Positions 34,149 through 46,603 of a DNA stretch of 64,000 bases are shown piece by piece. This DNA comes from Rebecca billardiae RCC1528 (lineage: Eukaryota > Protista > Haptophyta). The notes under the pieces are model-generated. The model had not been told where the DNA came from. It did no database searches and saw only the letters and a list, made by a program, of their open reading frames with translations. The stretch lies in the NCBI GenBank assembly GCA_965240325.2, contig OZ251239.1:496001-560000 (forward strand), written 5' to 3'. Position numbers and translations under genes: made by a program. Numbering within the stretch: position 1 is the stretch's first letter; the number at the start of each line of letters is the position of its first letter.

Positions 34149-37100
34149 TCACGGCACTGCTGACGCAGAACAGTCGTCGACATGCTCGCCCAGCGCTCTG
34201 AGTGCTGCGCGAGAGAGAGCCTGCGCGCACGACCCGTCCGATGGTGGCTGCTCTGCTTCAGAGGCGTCCGCGTCTGCCTCCAGCCGGCCGCTCCTGAGCG
34301 CTCTCAGCGTCTGCACGTCGTCACCGCACGCCGCGAGGTCCGCCGCGACGCTCGTGGCGGTGCGCACCGCCACCGCCAGCTGCTCGCTCGGCACGCCACG
34401 GAGCGCGGGCAGCCGCTCGCCGGCGGGCAGTTGGAGCGAGAGCAGCGGCGCGCGCGTGGCCTGGATCAGCCGACCGAGTGCCGCGCCGTCGATTGAGCCG
34501 CGGCCGGCGGCGGCGGCGGCGGGGCCGTGGGCGCACTTGGCCGCCCGCCAGCCAAGCGCGGGCGTGGCGCCAGCGCCGGCCAGGACGAGCGTCGCCCGCG
34601 GCGCGTGCGCGCACTCGGCGAGCACGCGTGCGGGCCCGAGCACGCGCGTGCAGCGGTGGAAGGCGTGGCGGCTTGTGTTGCACCGCCCAGGGTTATGCGC
34701 CCACACGAGCTCGCACGTGCGCGCGCGCTCGGCCGCCTCGGCGCGCGCGGCGTGCGAGCCGAGCTCGCGCCCCGTGCACCGGCCGAGCGGCACGGCCGCG
34801 ACGTCGAGGCCCGTGAGCGGCTCGGCCGCGTCGGCGTCCGCCGGCTGCCCGCGCACGGCGGTCGGGACGGGCCGGAGGCGCAGGTCGGCCGCTGCGGCGG
34901 CGGCGCACGCGCGCATGCCGGCGGGCGCGGGCGCGGTAGTCGAGTTTGCGCGGGCGCGCGCGGCCGCGGCGCCCGCGCCCGCGCGCGCCGTCAGCAGGCT
35001 GCACGGCACGGTCACGTCCACCGCCGCCCGCCCGCCGAGCGCGGCCACCACCGCCAGCCACGCGCGCACGCCATTGAAGCGAGATGCAATCTCGGAGACG
35101 GTCGGCGCTGCCACCGCCTCGGCCCAGCCCGGGCCTGAGGGCTGCAGCGCGCCGCGCGCGCCGGAGCACGCGCCGCCCGGCTCGTCGTCGCTCGCGAGCG
35201 CCTCGGCCGCGGCGGTCGCCGCGCTGAGCAAGTCCGCGCGCACCGCGTTGAAGGACGTGCGGCGCAGCGCCCCCTCGACAGAGCGCATCAGCTCAGCGGT
35301 GGGCGGCCGCGGTCGCGGCTCGGCGGCCTCGGTGGCGCCGCCGCCGCCGCCCGCCGCCGCCCCGCCGGCCAGCGCGGTCGCCGCGGCCGCGCGCGCTTCA
35401 CCCTCCGCCGCGGCGTGTGCCAACAGCACCTCCCACGTCGCAGCCTCGGCGCGCGGCGCCATCAGCCCGAGCGCCTGCATGAACTTGAGCTTCGCGCGCG
35501 CGCCGACAAAGTGCAGCAGCGCCGGCGCGTGCGCGCTCGGCGGCCGGTGCACGGTAGCCGCGTGCGCGGAGGCGGCGTCGCCATGAAGCCCAAAGCCGTT
35601 AAAATTCGTCAGCAGTGTGCGCGGCGCGAGTGCGAGCGATTCGCCGCGCGCCGCCGGCTCGGCCGACGGCTCGGCCGTCGGCGGCGCGCGGTGCGCCTCC
35701 TCCGACGAGACGTGCGCGTCCGTGAACACGATCAGGCTCCCGCCGCCGCTCCCACCATCGTCGCCAGCGCCAGCGCCCAGCGCGTGCGCCGACAAGCGCG
35801 CGCCGCCCGGCGCGCCAGGGCGAGCGCGTGCGTCCGCCCCGGCGGCGGCGGCGCTCGGCGCGTCCGGCGGCGCGCGCTCGCCGCGTGTGGCGAGCATGCG
35901 CACGTCGGCAAGCAGCGCCTCGAAGCCCTCGCTCGAGCTGACCCGCTCCCGCGAGTGATCTGCCGCCACCTCCACTGCCAAGCCGCTCCGCCGCTCTGCG
36001 GCGGTCAGCCCTGGCTCGTGCCAGCCACGCAGCGGCCGCCAGCCGGGCTGCGCCGCCGCCGCCGCGCCGCCGCCGCTCTGGTTGAGAAGAAGCTGCGTGC
36101 AGCGCGGCAGCCCCGTGGCCTTCTTGAAGGCGCGCAGGTCGAGCCGCCTCGCCGAGGCGGGGTGCACCGCGTGCCGCACCGCGCGGCCGCAGCACGCCGA
36201 GCTCGCCACGTCCGCGAGCAGCTCATTGGAGCGATGCTGCGTGACGCGCGTGTGCGGGGGCGCCGTGATGCCTCTGGAGTCCAGCTGGGACCAGTAGCGG
36301 TCGACCGTCGCGGCGGGCGCGAGGACGAGCGCCTCGTGGCGGACGAAGGCGGCGTCGAAGAGCGCGCGCGCCGGCCCGTCGGGCGCGCAGCGGTTGCAGT
36401 AGATCAGCGCGAGCAGCACGTCGCGGCACGTGCGCGCCGAGCCCGCCGCGCCGAACACAAGCGCGTGCGCGCTCAGCGGCGGCGCGCGCAGACGCGCGTA
36501 AGGCGTGCTGAGCACGGCCACGTCCGCGTCGATGAAGAGCGGGTTGATGCGCAGGGCGACGAGGCGGCGCACGTAGTGCAGCTTGGACCACTCAAGCCGG
36601 TACGCCGTGCCCGGCCCGGCGCGCAGCCCCGGCACGCGCAACGACGTCCACGCGCAGCCGAGCCGCCAGCGCGCGCCCGCAAGCACGGCGCAGTGGCTCG
36701 GCGCGGGAGTGAGGAGGAGGCTGTGGCCGACGCCGGCCGCGCGGAGGCCCCAGAGCAGGTTGACCGCGGCGGCGGCGGCCGACGGGCTCGCGATGGTGAA
36801 CGCGAGCTCGCCGCGGTGCGAGCGCTGCGCCACGGCCGCCTCGAGCGCGCAGCTGCCCTCCAGGTCGCCGCCGTCAAAGCTTCCGCGGTCGGCCGACGGC
36901 GGCAGCGGCGCGTGGCGCGCAAACGCTGTGTTCGGCACCCATCGGAACGCCGGGCAGTCGCGCGTGCTATACATGAGCGTCGCATCGTGCGAGCGATTGG
37001 CCGGGCCGCGCGCTGCCCGCACACCCCCCGCGCCGCGCGCGGGCGCGGCCGCTGCGCCCGCGCCCAGAAGCTCGGCCGGTGACGCGGCGTCAAGGCCGAT

Positions 37101-37214
37101 GCCGGGGCGGATGTGCGCGCCGGGCCAGAGCAGCGCGCGCGCGTGCGAGCCGAGGAGCGCGCACGCCGTCGCGAGCAGCGTGCCCAGCACCGCGCGCGCC
37201 CACCGCCCACGCAT
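34149..37214 (-). CDS. Putative nucleotide-diphospho-sugar transferase (GT77-like), Golgi type II or secreted
   Basis: N-terminal hydrophobic segment; WSKLHYVRRLVALRINPLFIDADVAVL with DxD motif; LLHF downstream. Confidence 0.65.
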   Translation of the reverse strand: MRGRWARAVLGTLLATACALLGSHARALLWPGAHIRPGIGLDAASPAELLGAGAAAAPARGAGGVRAARGPANRSHDATLMYSTRDCPAFRWVPNTAFARHAPLPPSADRGSFDGGDLEGSCALEAAVAQRSHRGELAFTIASPSAAAAAVNLLWGLRAAGVGHSLLLTPAPSHCAVLAGARWRLGCAWTSLRVPGLRAGPGTAYRLEWSKLHYVRRLVALRINPLFIDADVAVLSTPYARLRAPPLSAHALVFGAAGSARTCRDVLLALIYCNRCAPDGPARALFDAAFVRHEALVLAPAATVDRYWSQLDSRGITAPPHTRVTQHRSNELLADVASSACCGRAVRHAVHPASARRLDLRAFKKATGLPRCTQLLLNQSGGGAAAAAQPGWRPLRGWHEPGLTAAERRSGLAVEVAADHSRERVSSSEGFEALLADVRMLATRGERAPPDAPSAAAAGADARARPGAPGGARLSAHALGAGAGDDGGSGGGSLIVFTDAHVSSEEAHRAPPTAEPSAEPAARGESLALAPRTLLTNFNGFGLHGDAASAHAATVHRPPSAHAPALLHFVGARAKLKFMQALGLMAPRAEAATWEVLLAHAAAEGEARAAAATALAGGAAAGGGGGATEAAEPRPRPPTAELMRSVEGALRRTSFNAVRADLLSAATAAAEALASDDEPGGACSGARGALQPSGPGWAEAVAAPTVSEIASRFNGVRAWLAVVAALGGRAAVDVTVPCSLLTARAGAGAAAARARANSTTAPAPAGMRACAAAAAADLRLRPVPTAVRGQPADADAAEPLTGLDVAAVPLGRCTGRELGSHAARAEAAERARTCELVWAHNPGRCNTSRHAFHRCTRVLGPARVLAECAHAPRATLVLAGAGATPALGWRAAKCAHGPAAAAAGRGSIDGAALGRLIQATRAPLLSLQLPAGERLPALRGVPSEQLAVAVRTATSVAADLAACGDDVQTLRALRSGRLEADADASEAEQPPSDGSCAQALSRAALRALGEHVDDCSASAVP

Positions 37215-37355
37215 CCTATGGCCTCGCCGTCGGCGCGCGGGGCGTTCGAGCGGCAGCCATGGGTGATGATGCGCAGTGCGCTTTTGCTCAGCACGGGCCC
37301 AGCGCCAAAAGGCTCCAAGCGGCTCCTGGTTGGCGGTTGGTCACTTGGGCAACCA

Positions 37356-38168
37356 ATGCCGGCGAAGCGCAAGGCGGACGCGGTCGCGGCCGCGTCGCCG
37401 GCGAAGAGGCCTGCGGCGGACGGCGCGGTGCAGCCAATCTTCCTCGTCGCCCCCGGCGCGGGCGGTGGTCAAGCCCCCCGCGAGATCGTCAGCGCACTCT
37501 CCGCCCTCGGCTCGGTGCACCATGTCTTCCCGGGCGGCGGGCGGTGGCCATCCATCTTTCCAAACGCGATTTCGCAAAACGTCGCGCTCGTGGAGGCGCG
37601 GCTTCGGGAGGTGGCGCAGGGCGCGCGCGCGGGGCAGCGCGTGTTCCTCGTGGGCCACTCCTTCGGCACGCGCGTCATGTGCGCGCTCGTGCGCACGCGC
37701 GGCGCGGACCTCCCGCCGGCGACCGTGGCCGAGCGGGTGCTTCTCTTTGGCTACCCTCTGTTCGCGCCGAAACCGGTGAAGGAGGGCTCGGCGACGTGCC
37801 GGGTGAAGCCGCTCGAGCAGCTGCCGAGCACGCTGCGGCTGCTCTTCATCTCGGGCGCGAACGACGAGTTCCTCCACCGCAGTGACTGGCGCCCCGCCGG
37901 CCCCTTTGGCCGCGCGGCGCTCACGGCAGTCGTGCAGCGGCTGCAGTGCGCGCCGCGCGCGGAGGTGGTCACAATCGAGGGCGCCGGGCACAACGCCCTG
38001 CAGGGCTTCCGGAGCAAGCCGGCTGCGACGCAGCAGGCTGTGCAGGACGCCCTCCGGCGCCACGTCGACCTCGGTGAGCAGGCCGGCGCGTCTTCTTCTC
38101 CGCCTGAGGTCATCGTCCTTGACTCATCGGCTGCTGAGCCTGAGCCCGAGGTCATCGTCCTTGACTGA
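37356..38168 (+). CDS. Alpha/beta hydrolase (KANSL3/Tex30-like)
   Basis: LVAPGAGG, VGHSFG nucleophile elbow, GYPL, LFISGANDEF, IEGAGH; N-terminal NLS-like PAKRKA..PAKR. Confidence 0.8.
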   Translation: MPAKRKADAVAAASPAKRPAADGAVQPIFLVAPGAGGGQAPREIVSALSALGSVHHVFPGGGRWPSIFPNAISQNVALVEARLREVAQGARAGQRVFLVGHSFGTRVMCALVRTRGADLPPATVAERVLLFGYPLFAPKPVKEGSATCRVKPLEQLPSTLRLLFISGANDEFLHRSDWRPAGPFGRAALTAVVQRLQCAPRAEVVTIEGAGHNALQGFRSKPAATQQAVQDALRRHVDLGEQAGASSSPPEVIVLDSSAAEPEPEVIVLD

Positions 38169-38941
38169 TTCGGACGGCGGCCGCGCCCGCGACGGCCCGC
38201 CGCGGACGCGGGACGGCCCGCGCGGCGCCGCGCCGCGTGCCACGTTATATGTCAGCCGCCCGGCTTCCAATAAGGCGAGTGACACTACTTGTGCCTCGCG
38301 GACGAGTCACGATGAGTCGCGATGACGGTCGCGGGTCCAGCCTCCGGGCCCGGGCTCGGCGGGCCGCCGGGCCGGGCCCCCGCCACGGCGGCCTGCGGGC
38401 GCGGTCGGGCCGCCCGCGCCAGGCCCAGGCGGCCAGGCGGGCAGGGGCAGGGGCGCCGCCCGATCGCGGACTACGCCACAGACGCGCGAACTTTTGAGCA
38501 AAACTCTAGATCGTCATTGTATGGCAGCGCATCATGCATCATTTCACGGCGACAATACTGCGGGCCGAAGGCAACGGTCGCGCGCTCAGACCGGTGCCAG
38601 TGCGGACGCACTGGGCTCGGCCTGTCGGCTGCGCGTTGCCGTTGGCCTGAGAAGTTGCCCGCGGACCGGCGGGGGCGAGCACTCGGCGGCCGGAGGCGAA
38701 CTTCGGCGAGACGGTGTGTGCATGGTGCGGATGAAGGGGCGCCACGCTCCTTTGCGGAGCAGGCGCCTTCAAGGACGAGGCGGTCACTGTGTGCTTGGAC
38801 GGGATGCGGTCACGGCATGCGGGCGGGCGGGTGACTGTGCGGCTCATCGTCGTGCAATGCTGCGTGCTGCGGTGCCAGGCAAGAGGTCGGAGGTGAGACG
38901 GGGCAGGCGGGAGGGGCGGAAGGACGACTCGGCGTGGCGGC

Positions 38942-40221
38942 TCACTCGCAGCCGAGGATCGCCCTGAATTTGGGCACGAGAAGCGCCATCAGCGCGCCGC
39001 AGCCGCCGAGATGTCCGGCCTTGGTGCCGTACCCAACATAGAGCCCACCAAAGCCCTGCGGCCATAGGCGGATGGGGAGGGCGGAGGGCGGTGGACGGCG
39101 CGGGGGGCGAGCGAGGGTGAGCAAGCGAGCGAGCGAGCGAGCTGCGCGGGCACGCGGCGGCGCGCGGGCGCGCGCAGCGGCGCGGCACACCTTCTGCGCG
39201 ACGATGCTCTTCGCCACCTGCCAGTGCATCGCGACGTCTTGCCGCGCGAACTCGCCGAGCGTGAGCTGCACGCGGCTGCCGCCCTCGACGGCCGCCGCCA
39301 CAACCTGCTTCTGCACATTCGTTCGGACGACGTCGGCGGGGCAGTTGAAGAGAGAGGCGAAGGCGCCCGCGGTGAAGCCGGAGAGCACCTTGTGCGGCGC
39401 GGCGAGCGACGGCGTCGTCGCCCGGTCCATCCCAAGCGCGCCGAACCCGTCGTCCACGCGCCGCTCGAAGAAGCGCAGCGAGCCGAAGAAGGCCCCGGTC
39501 CAAGACGACTGCCGCCATTGCACGCCCGTGTAACCGGTGTACGCGCCGAGCGGGCCGCGCGCGCGCATGCACGCGCGGAGCACGGCGGTGCCCGAGTTGT
39601 TGAACTTGTTCGCCGCGTCCAGCTGCAGGCCCACCTTGGCCACCTCCATCGGCCCGATCGCCACGCCCTCGACGAGCGCGCACGTCGCGCCCGCGGCCGC
39701 GCGCGTCGCGGCCGAGCCCTGTCGCTCGTCCATGTCGAACATCGCCTGGTGGAAGACGGGGAAGAGGAAGAACTTGAGCGCCTGCATCGAGGTGGAGCGC
39801 GCGACCTCCTGCGCCGCGCCCTGCTTGATGAAGCCGCCCCAGCCTGTGCGCGCGCGCGCGCGGGCGCGGGTGGGCGTGATGGTGATCGTCTCCGCTCGCG
39901 GCGCGGGCGCGGCGCGGCGCGCGGGCGAGAGGCGCGCGCACCGTGAGCTCTTCTGAAGGCCATCACTGCGGTGAAGAGGCTTTCGTTGCTGTTGTTGGCC
40001 GCCTGCGACATGCGCACGGCGCGCAGCACGTCGACAGGGTACATGCTGATGCTCGTCACAAAGCCCGATGCGAGCGTCGCGGCAAACGCGCTCCCCTGGA
40101 GGAACGCCGGCACGGTGAGGAAAGAGGCCGAGGAGATCGCGGCGGTTGGGAAGGCGGCTGTGGCAGCCTTCTGCAGCGGGGTCACGGCTCGCGCCGAGCA
40201 GTCTGCGGTCGAAGAAGCCAT
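38942..40221 (-). CDS. Mitochondrial carrier family (SLC25) protein; introns 39941-39844 and 39190-39056
   Basis: Three PxD/ExxK/R signatures (YPVDVLR, GPMEVAK, CPADVVR); GFGGLYVG in the last exon; in-frame GT-AG joins. Confidence 0.88.
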
Positions 40222-42567
40222 CTTCTGCGCGTGAAATGCACCGTCGTGGCGACGGGGGGGCGACCGGGTGTGGACGGCCAGCTGGGACGGCGGGCAGAGC
40301 GGTCCTCCTTCGCGATATATCGTGGCGGTTGATGAGGGCGGGCGGTAGGTTCGGTGCTATTGCGTTCCACGTCGTTCGTCAGATCTAAGTTGCTCCATAT
40401 TTGACGATACCCAGCTTGGCGGGACGATGGTCCGAGACCATGAGAAGGGACGGACGAAGAACCTGTTTGACGGTTCGACGAAGGGGATGTGCAGTACTCC
40501 GGCGCAGGCTGTCGGCCAATCGGGTGTCCGGAATACTACCCGCAAGCTGGATATCCACTTATGAGCCTCGCAGCAATTGGCAGTCTGAAACGGTATCATA
40601 ATACTTGGCAGGCGCCTGCCTGCCTACTCCACCAGCGAGCCCACATGCACTTTCGCGCGATCGACAAGTAGCGCCGTCTCAGGAACCTCGTCGGGCGCGT
40701 GCCAGCGTTTTCAGGCCGGCCAAGCGGCAGCGGGGCCACCTGAGCCGGCGACCAGCCCGCTCCGCCAGGCAGCGCATGGGCACACTTGGGTTGTCGGCCG
40801 CCTGCGTGCTGCTCGTCGCCTGCATGCGCCCTGGCATGGCGTACGTGCACGGTCGGCCCTCACAAGACGGCCTCGTCGAGCCGCGCACACGGGCTCATGG
40901 GGCCGACGGGGCTGTCGGCTATGCTGCGCGGCAGAGGTGGGTACGTCATCCCGAGCGGCGTGGCGGGCATGGTAGTGTGCAGCACCGCACAGGTGCCGAT
41001 GCGCAGCCGTGTTGCGCCCTGCGACAGGACTCACGTTCTTCTTGCTGCGCGAGGCACTTCGCGAGCGTGCGAGCGGCTCTTCTTCCTGGCATAGCTCTGA
41101 TAGTCATCCACCTGGCCAGACCCCGCGATGTCGCATGTGCCCCCTGACACGCACCGCCAGCGATTGCCCGCCGCCGCCGGGGAATGCGAGGCCTACGACT
41201 CACACGGGGTGACTTTGTCCGCCGCCCGGTCACACGGGCGCTCGGACCTGCCCGCGCAGGCCTGGACAGCTGAGCCTGATATCGGCGCGGGCAGTCAAGC
41301 CAGACCGTCGTACTCATCAGCTGCTAGTCAGCACCGTCGGGTGGCGGTCTGGCCTCAGCGTAGTGGCTCTCGGCACTCGCCGCTGCGCCGGCGCCACGTT
41401 GCCACCGCGCGCGGTGCCCAACCAGCCACTGTGCTGTGGCTGACCGGCTGACCTGCGGGTGCCCGTGCGCCGCGCCGGGGCGAGCGGGCCGTGAGGGCGT
41501 GAGGTCCCGGATCACCCGCGCTGGATGCGGTAATTCCGGTGGGCCGTGCAGAGGCCGTGGCGGGCCGTGCGGCCGTGCCGAGTGATGCCGCCGCCGGCGG
41601 GCTAACGGTCAGAATGACGACGCCGAGCAGCATCAGCAGCGCGCGCAGCAGCAGACGTCAGACGACGGTCGTTGGTCATTAAGTGTCTGTGATCATTGGT
41701 CATTGCCGCCGATTGCACCGCCGGCGCCGCGCACGGCCACGGCGCCGCCGCCGCCGCCGCCGCCGCCGGGCCCAAGATGCCGCCGGATGACCGGCGGTAA
41801 TATCGGTATAGCCCGTGACGAATACGATTACGATGACGACTGCTAGATACTGCTACCGAGTCATCGGGCAGAGTAGTCCGTCAGCCGTCTGCCCCGCCGC
41901 AGACCGACTCGGCCCGTCAGCCAGACTGCCAGTGCCACGGGCACGGGCACGGGCCACGCCAGACAGCCAGTCGGCCGCCACTGCTGGGCACTGGCGGGAC
42001 GACGAATACTCGGAAGAATCGCCGGACTGTATCACTGTATAAATGTATTCACTCATCACTGTAAAGTGTAAGTGTAACGGCGCCGCCCGTACCTCGTACC
42101 TGACCCTGTCATCCGGTCGTCGACATCGCCAGTGCAATCATATTTCATCAATCGCATGCTGACGACTCGTCGGCGCGCTGCAGCCCTATAGCTGCTGGCA
42201 GCTCGGAGCCTCAGGGCTAGACCGGTCGTGAGTGCGAGTCGTCACGGAGTCGTGGACCACGTCCACTCACGTGACGCCGGCAGCTGCGGGCGCAGCAGCA
42301 GGCGGGCGGGCGGCCGCTGCCACCACGTTCTTGTCGCCGTCGTCGAGCGGCGCCGCGGTCAATCGGTTGCGGGTGAGGCGTGAGCCAGCCGGCCGGAGCG
42401 GCCGAGCGGGTCGCCATCGACCATGCCGCTGAGCAGAGCCGCATCGTCGGATCACCGTCGGGTGGGCCTGCCGGCCGCGTGCCGTCGCAGTCCGAGAGAG
42501 CAGCCGGCGGCCGGCGCCAACCGAGTGGCTGTGGACGCAGTGGCAGCGTCGTGCGCAGCGCCTCCGC

Positions 42568-44541
42568 TCACGGCGCAGACGCGGGCACTGCGCCAACTGC
42601 TCCCGCGCCGCCGGCGGCGGCCGCCGCCGGCAGCGCGTCGGCGCCCGCGCCGTCCGCGGCGCCGTCGGCTGCGGACGGCAGCCCGCCGCCATCGCTGAGC
42701 GCATCCGCGGCCTTGCGCTTGCGCGAGCCGCCGCCGTCGGCCGCGCCGCCGACGTCGGCCGCCGCGTCTGAGCCGTTGGGCAGAGGCGCACTAGGGGCCG
42801 AGCGCGCGCCTCCGGGCGGCGCGCCATCAGCAGCCGGCGGCCCCGCCGCGCCGCCGCCGTCGTCCGTGCGCGCTCTCTTCGCGGCGGGCGACGTCCCGTC
42901 CGGCGGCGCTGTCACGTGATTGGCCGAGCCCTGCTGCTCGCGCGGCGCCGCCGCGCCGGGTGCGCCCTCGGCCGCGGCGGCGCCCGCCGCCTCCGGCGCC
43001 GCGGGCGTGGGTCTATGCTCCGCCTCGCTTCGCGCGCGCCTGAACTGGCCAAAGTTGAAGAGCGATCGGCTCGGAGTCGGCGGCAGGGGCGCGCCTCGGC
43101 CGCGGCCGCGCCTGCGCGGCCAGGGGCGGAGCAGGGCGCGCGGACGCGCGCCGGGGCGCGGTGAGCCGCCGTGAGCCGTTGCGGAGGCGCGCGCGCGCGC
43201 ACGCCCGCGCCGCGTGGCCTCGGGCGCCGCGCGCGCGCAGGCCCAGGGCAGGGTGCCACCGGCGCCGCGCGCGCGGCGCGGCGCGGCACGCCGTGCCCGC
43301 GAGATCGCGATCTCGCGCTGCGCGCCGCGAGATCGCAATCTCGCGCCGCGCGCACCTCCAAAGCTCGTCGACCTCCGCCTGCACGCGCGCCTTCTGCGCG
43401 CGCGTCGCGCACGCGCGCTCCCACCGCTCGCGCGCGGCCGCGAGCTCCGCGGCCGTGAGCGCGGGCGGCGAGATCGCGACCTCGCCGGCTGCGGGCGCCG
43501 AGGTCTCGATCTCGCCGGCTGGCGCGGCGGCGGTGGGCTCCGCGCCATCGGCGCGCGCGGCGCGCGGCGCGTCCGCCGCGGCGCGCGCGCCGCCGTGCTG
43601 AGAGGGCGTGCCGGCAGCGCAGCCCTCGAGCCGGCCGCTCTGCACGAGTTGCGCGGCGATCGCCCCCGAGACGCGCGCCACGCGCGCCAGCGCGCCACGC
43701 CCGCGCCCGCCGGCGGGCGGCAGCTGCAGCGCCGGGTGCATTTTCGCGCCGCGCGTGTGCCGGTGCAACAGTAGCCGGCCGCCGCGGCCGACGCGCGCAT
43801 AGCCTGAGGTGAGGCCTCCGCCGGGCAGCCGCCACTGCGGCGGCGGCGGCGGCGCGGCGGGCGGCGCGGGCTGCGCGCGGCCCGCGGGCGGCGGCGGCGG
43901 CGGCATCAGCGCCGCGTCTGAAGCTGCTGCCGCGCTCGCGCTCGGCCGGGCGCCGGTCAGCTGGGCTGGCGATGGCAGCGGTGGCGCCGCGGCGGCGGGC
44001 GGGCGCGGCGCGGCGGGCGCGCCAGGCGGCGCGGCGGAGGCGGCGGCGGCGCCGCCCGCGCCCGGCTGGGCCTGCGCCGCCGGCGTCGGGAGGAGCAATA
44101 GCGAAGCGCCCGGCGCGGCGGCGGCGGTGGGCGCCGTGGCCGCCGAGGCTGCGGCCGCGGCCGGCGGCGCAGGCGTAGCCGCGGCCGCGGTGGGCGCGGC
44201 GGCGCGCTGCGCGGCGGGCGCGGCGCGCGGCGCCTGCCTCGCCCCGCCCGGCGGCGCGTGCGTGAGCGGCGGCAGCGCGAGCACGCCCACCTCCAGCTGC
44301 GCCGCCACCCACCTCTCGTACTCGTCCGCGTCGATCCCGGCCGCGGCGAGCGCCGCCGGGTCCACGCATTCGGCGAACTCGGCCTCAGGCTCGGCTGCGC
44401 CATCGGCGTCGTCCGCGGCGGACGGCGGCGGCGCGGGCGCGCCCGGGCTGAGCTCGATCCAGAGGTTGGCCGAGGGCGGCGGGTGCGGGTGCGCGTGCGG
44501 CGGCGCGGCCACGCCCGCGTCCGTGCCCGCACCGCGCCCCT

Positions 44542-44572
<31 letters not shown>

Positions 44573-46603
44573 CGCGGGCGACACGCCAGGCGGCAGCGGC
44601 CGTCGAAACAGGCGAGCTAGCAGCTCGTGCGGCAGGAACTGGATGAGCGCGTCGCGCCGTGCCACGTCCTGCGCGGCGGGCGGAGCGCGCGGCGGGGGCG
44701 GCGGCGGCGGCGCGGGCGCCGGCACGACAGCGCGCGTCAGTCCACGCGCGCGCGCGCAGCCACCCACCCGTGCGGCGCGGCGCAGCGCTTGCTCGCTCGG
44801 CGCGCGGCGCGGCGGTGTGCGGCGCGGCGGTGCGACGCGCACCAGGTTGAGCAGCTCCGCCTCGACGCGCTCCCAGTGCGCCGCGTCCGCGGCGGGCGAC
44901 GCCCCGGCGCCGCCCGCCTGCCCCGCCTTGCTACTCTTGCGCCCGCCCGAGCGCTGCGCGGCGCGCGGTGCGGCAGCCGCGGCGGCGGGCGCGACGTGGC
45001 GGCAGGCGCGGCGGGTGCGGCGGCGGGCGGGGTGGGCCGCGCGGGGTGAGCGGGGAGTCGCGCGGCAGCCACGCGCACGGCGCGCACGCGCGTGCGCACG
45101 CGCCGCCCCACGCCTCGCGCCGCGCGCCCGCGCGCCGCCGCGGAGCCAGGCGCAGCGGGGCGCGCGCGCGGCGCGGCGCGCGGCGCGCGCTGCCGCCGCG
45201 GCCGCGGCCGCAGCCACAGCTGCAGGCTGGCTGGCTGGCTGGCGCTGCGCACCTCACGCTCTCGCTCGCGCGAGCGGTCGCGCGCGCGCTCGCCCTCGCG
45301 CGAGCGCCGCGCGGCCTCGTCGGCCTCGCCCTCCGCCGCCACGGCGGCCGCCGCGACCTTCTTCTTCGACTTTGCTTTCTTGGCCGCGCCGGCGGCGGCG
45401 CCGCCTGCGGCCGCGGCCGCGCCGCCGCCCGCGGCCGCGGCCGCGCCCGCGGCCGCAAGCTGCGCGGACTTGAGCCTGCTCAGCCGCGCGAGGAGCGTGC
45501 GGTGCGCGACCTCGGTGGTGGTGACGACCACGTCGGCGTACTCCCGCTTCAGCTCCTCGCGCGCCTTGATCAGCTCCGTCAGCTGCAGCAGACGTTCAAA
45601 CTCGGCGCGCAGAGACGCCATCAACTCGTACGTCTTTTGGTTGTTCGTGCGCCGACGCCGGCCGCCCGCGGGCTCGCGCGGGCGGAAGGCGACCCACGGG
45701 TCGGGGTCCTCGGGGTCGGGCGGCGGGCGGAGCCGCTGCAGCAGCGGCTTGCGGTCGCGCGCGCGGCGCATCGCCCAGTGCTCGTACACCGCCTGCACGG
45801 CATCTGCGCTCACGCCCGCCTTTGGCGCGAGGCTTTCGCGCGCCGACGCGAGCGCGGGCAGCTCGCCCGTGCGGTGGGCCTCCTTGTCGAGCGCGTCGAC
45901 GATGGTCTCGAAGGCCTCCTCGCCGATCGGCGCGCCCTCGAACGGCCCGGCGTTCAGCTTCTTCAGCGCGAGCCACGCCTCCGGGTCGAGGTTGTACTCG
46001 ACCTCGGCCTCGTCGATCGTCGGCACGCCCGGGTGCTGGAAGTACTCGGCCGAGCGGTTCCACTTCTCGAGGCCGGGGATGCGCGCGAGCTCGAAGGAGA
46101 CCGGCACGGGGATGTCGCGCGCGCGCTTGTCCACCGCCTTGAGCTCGATCGTGTCCTCGTCCTGCGCGCGCGCGCGCGGCGCGGCGCGGGCGGGCGCGCA
46201 GGCGGGCGCGCACGAGGGCAGTAGCGCGCGTCTCAAGAGGGGCCCTCTCAGCGCGCGCGCCGCGCAGCAGCCGGGTGGCGAGGGCGGCGCGGCGTGCGCG
46301 CGAAGATGCGCGCGCGCGGCTGCGCGCCACGTGCGCCGCGACTCGCCGGCACCCGCGCTGTCGCGCCCTCGACCAACCGATCAGCCGCGCTCGCGAGCGC
46401 CGCGGCGCGCGGGCGCACAGAGGCCACACAGGGAGGCAGAGGGCGCGCGAGCGCGCGCGCACCACAAAGGCCTCGACATTGCCCACGACGGCCGTCCCGT
46501 CCTGGTTGGTGCCGAAATCCTGGTCGAAGTTCACCTCCTTGTTCGAGCGCACCACCGGCAGCTTCTTGTTGATGTCAATCGGCCGGCGCCGAAAGCTATG
46601 CAT
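42568..46603 (-). CDS. EPC1: Enhancer of polycomb-like protein (NuA4/Tip60 subunit); introns 46462-46162, 45252-44954, 44842-44669, 43355-43040
   Basis: MHSFRRRPIDINKKLPV; VEYNLD; VYEHW..RR; DPWVAFRPRE; REELKRE; YARVGRGGRLLLHR. Confidence 0.82.
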
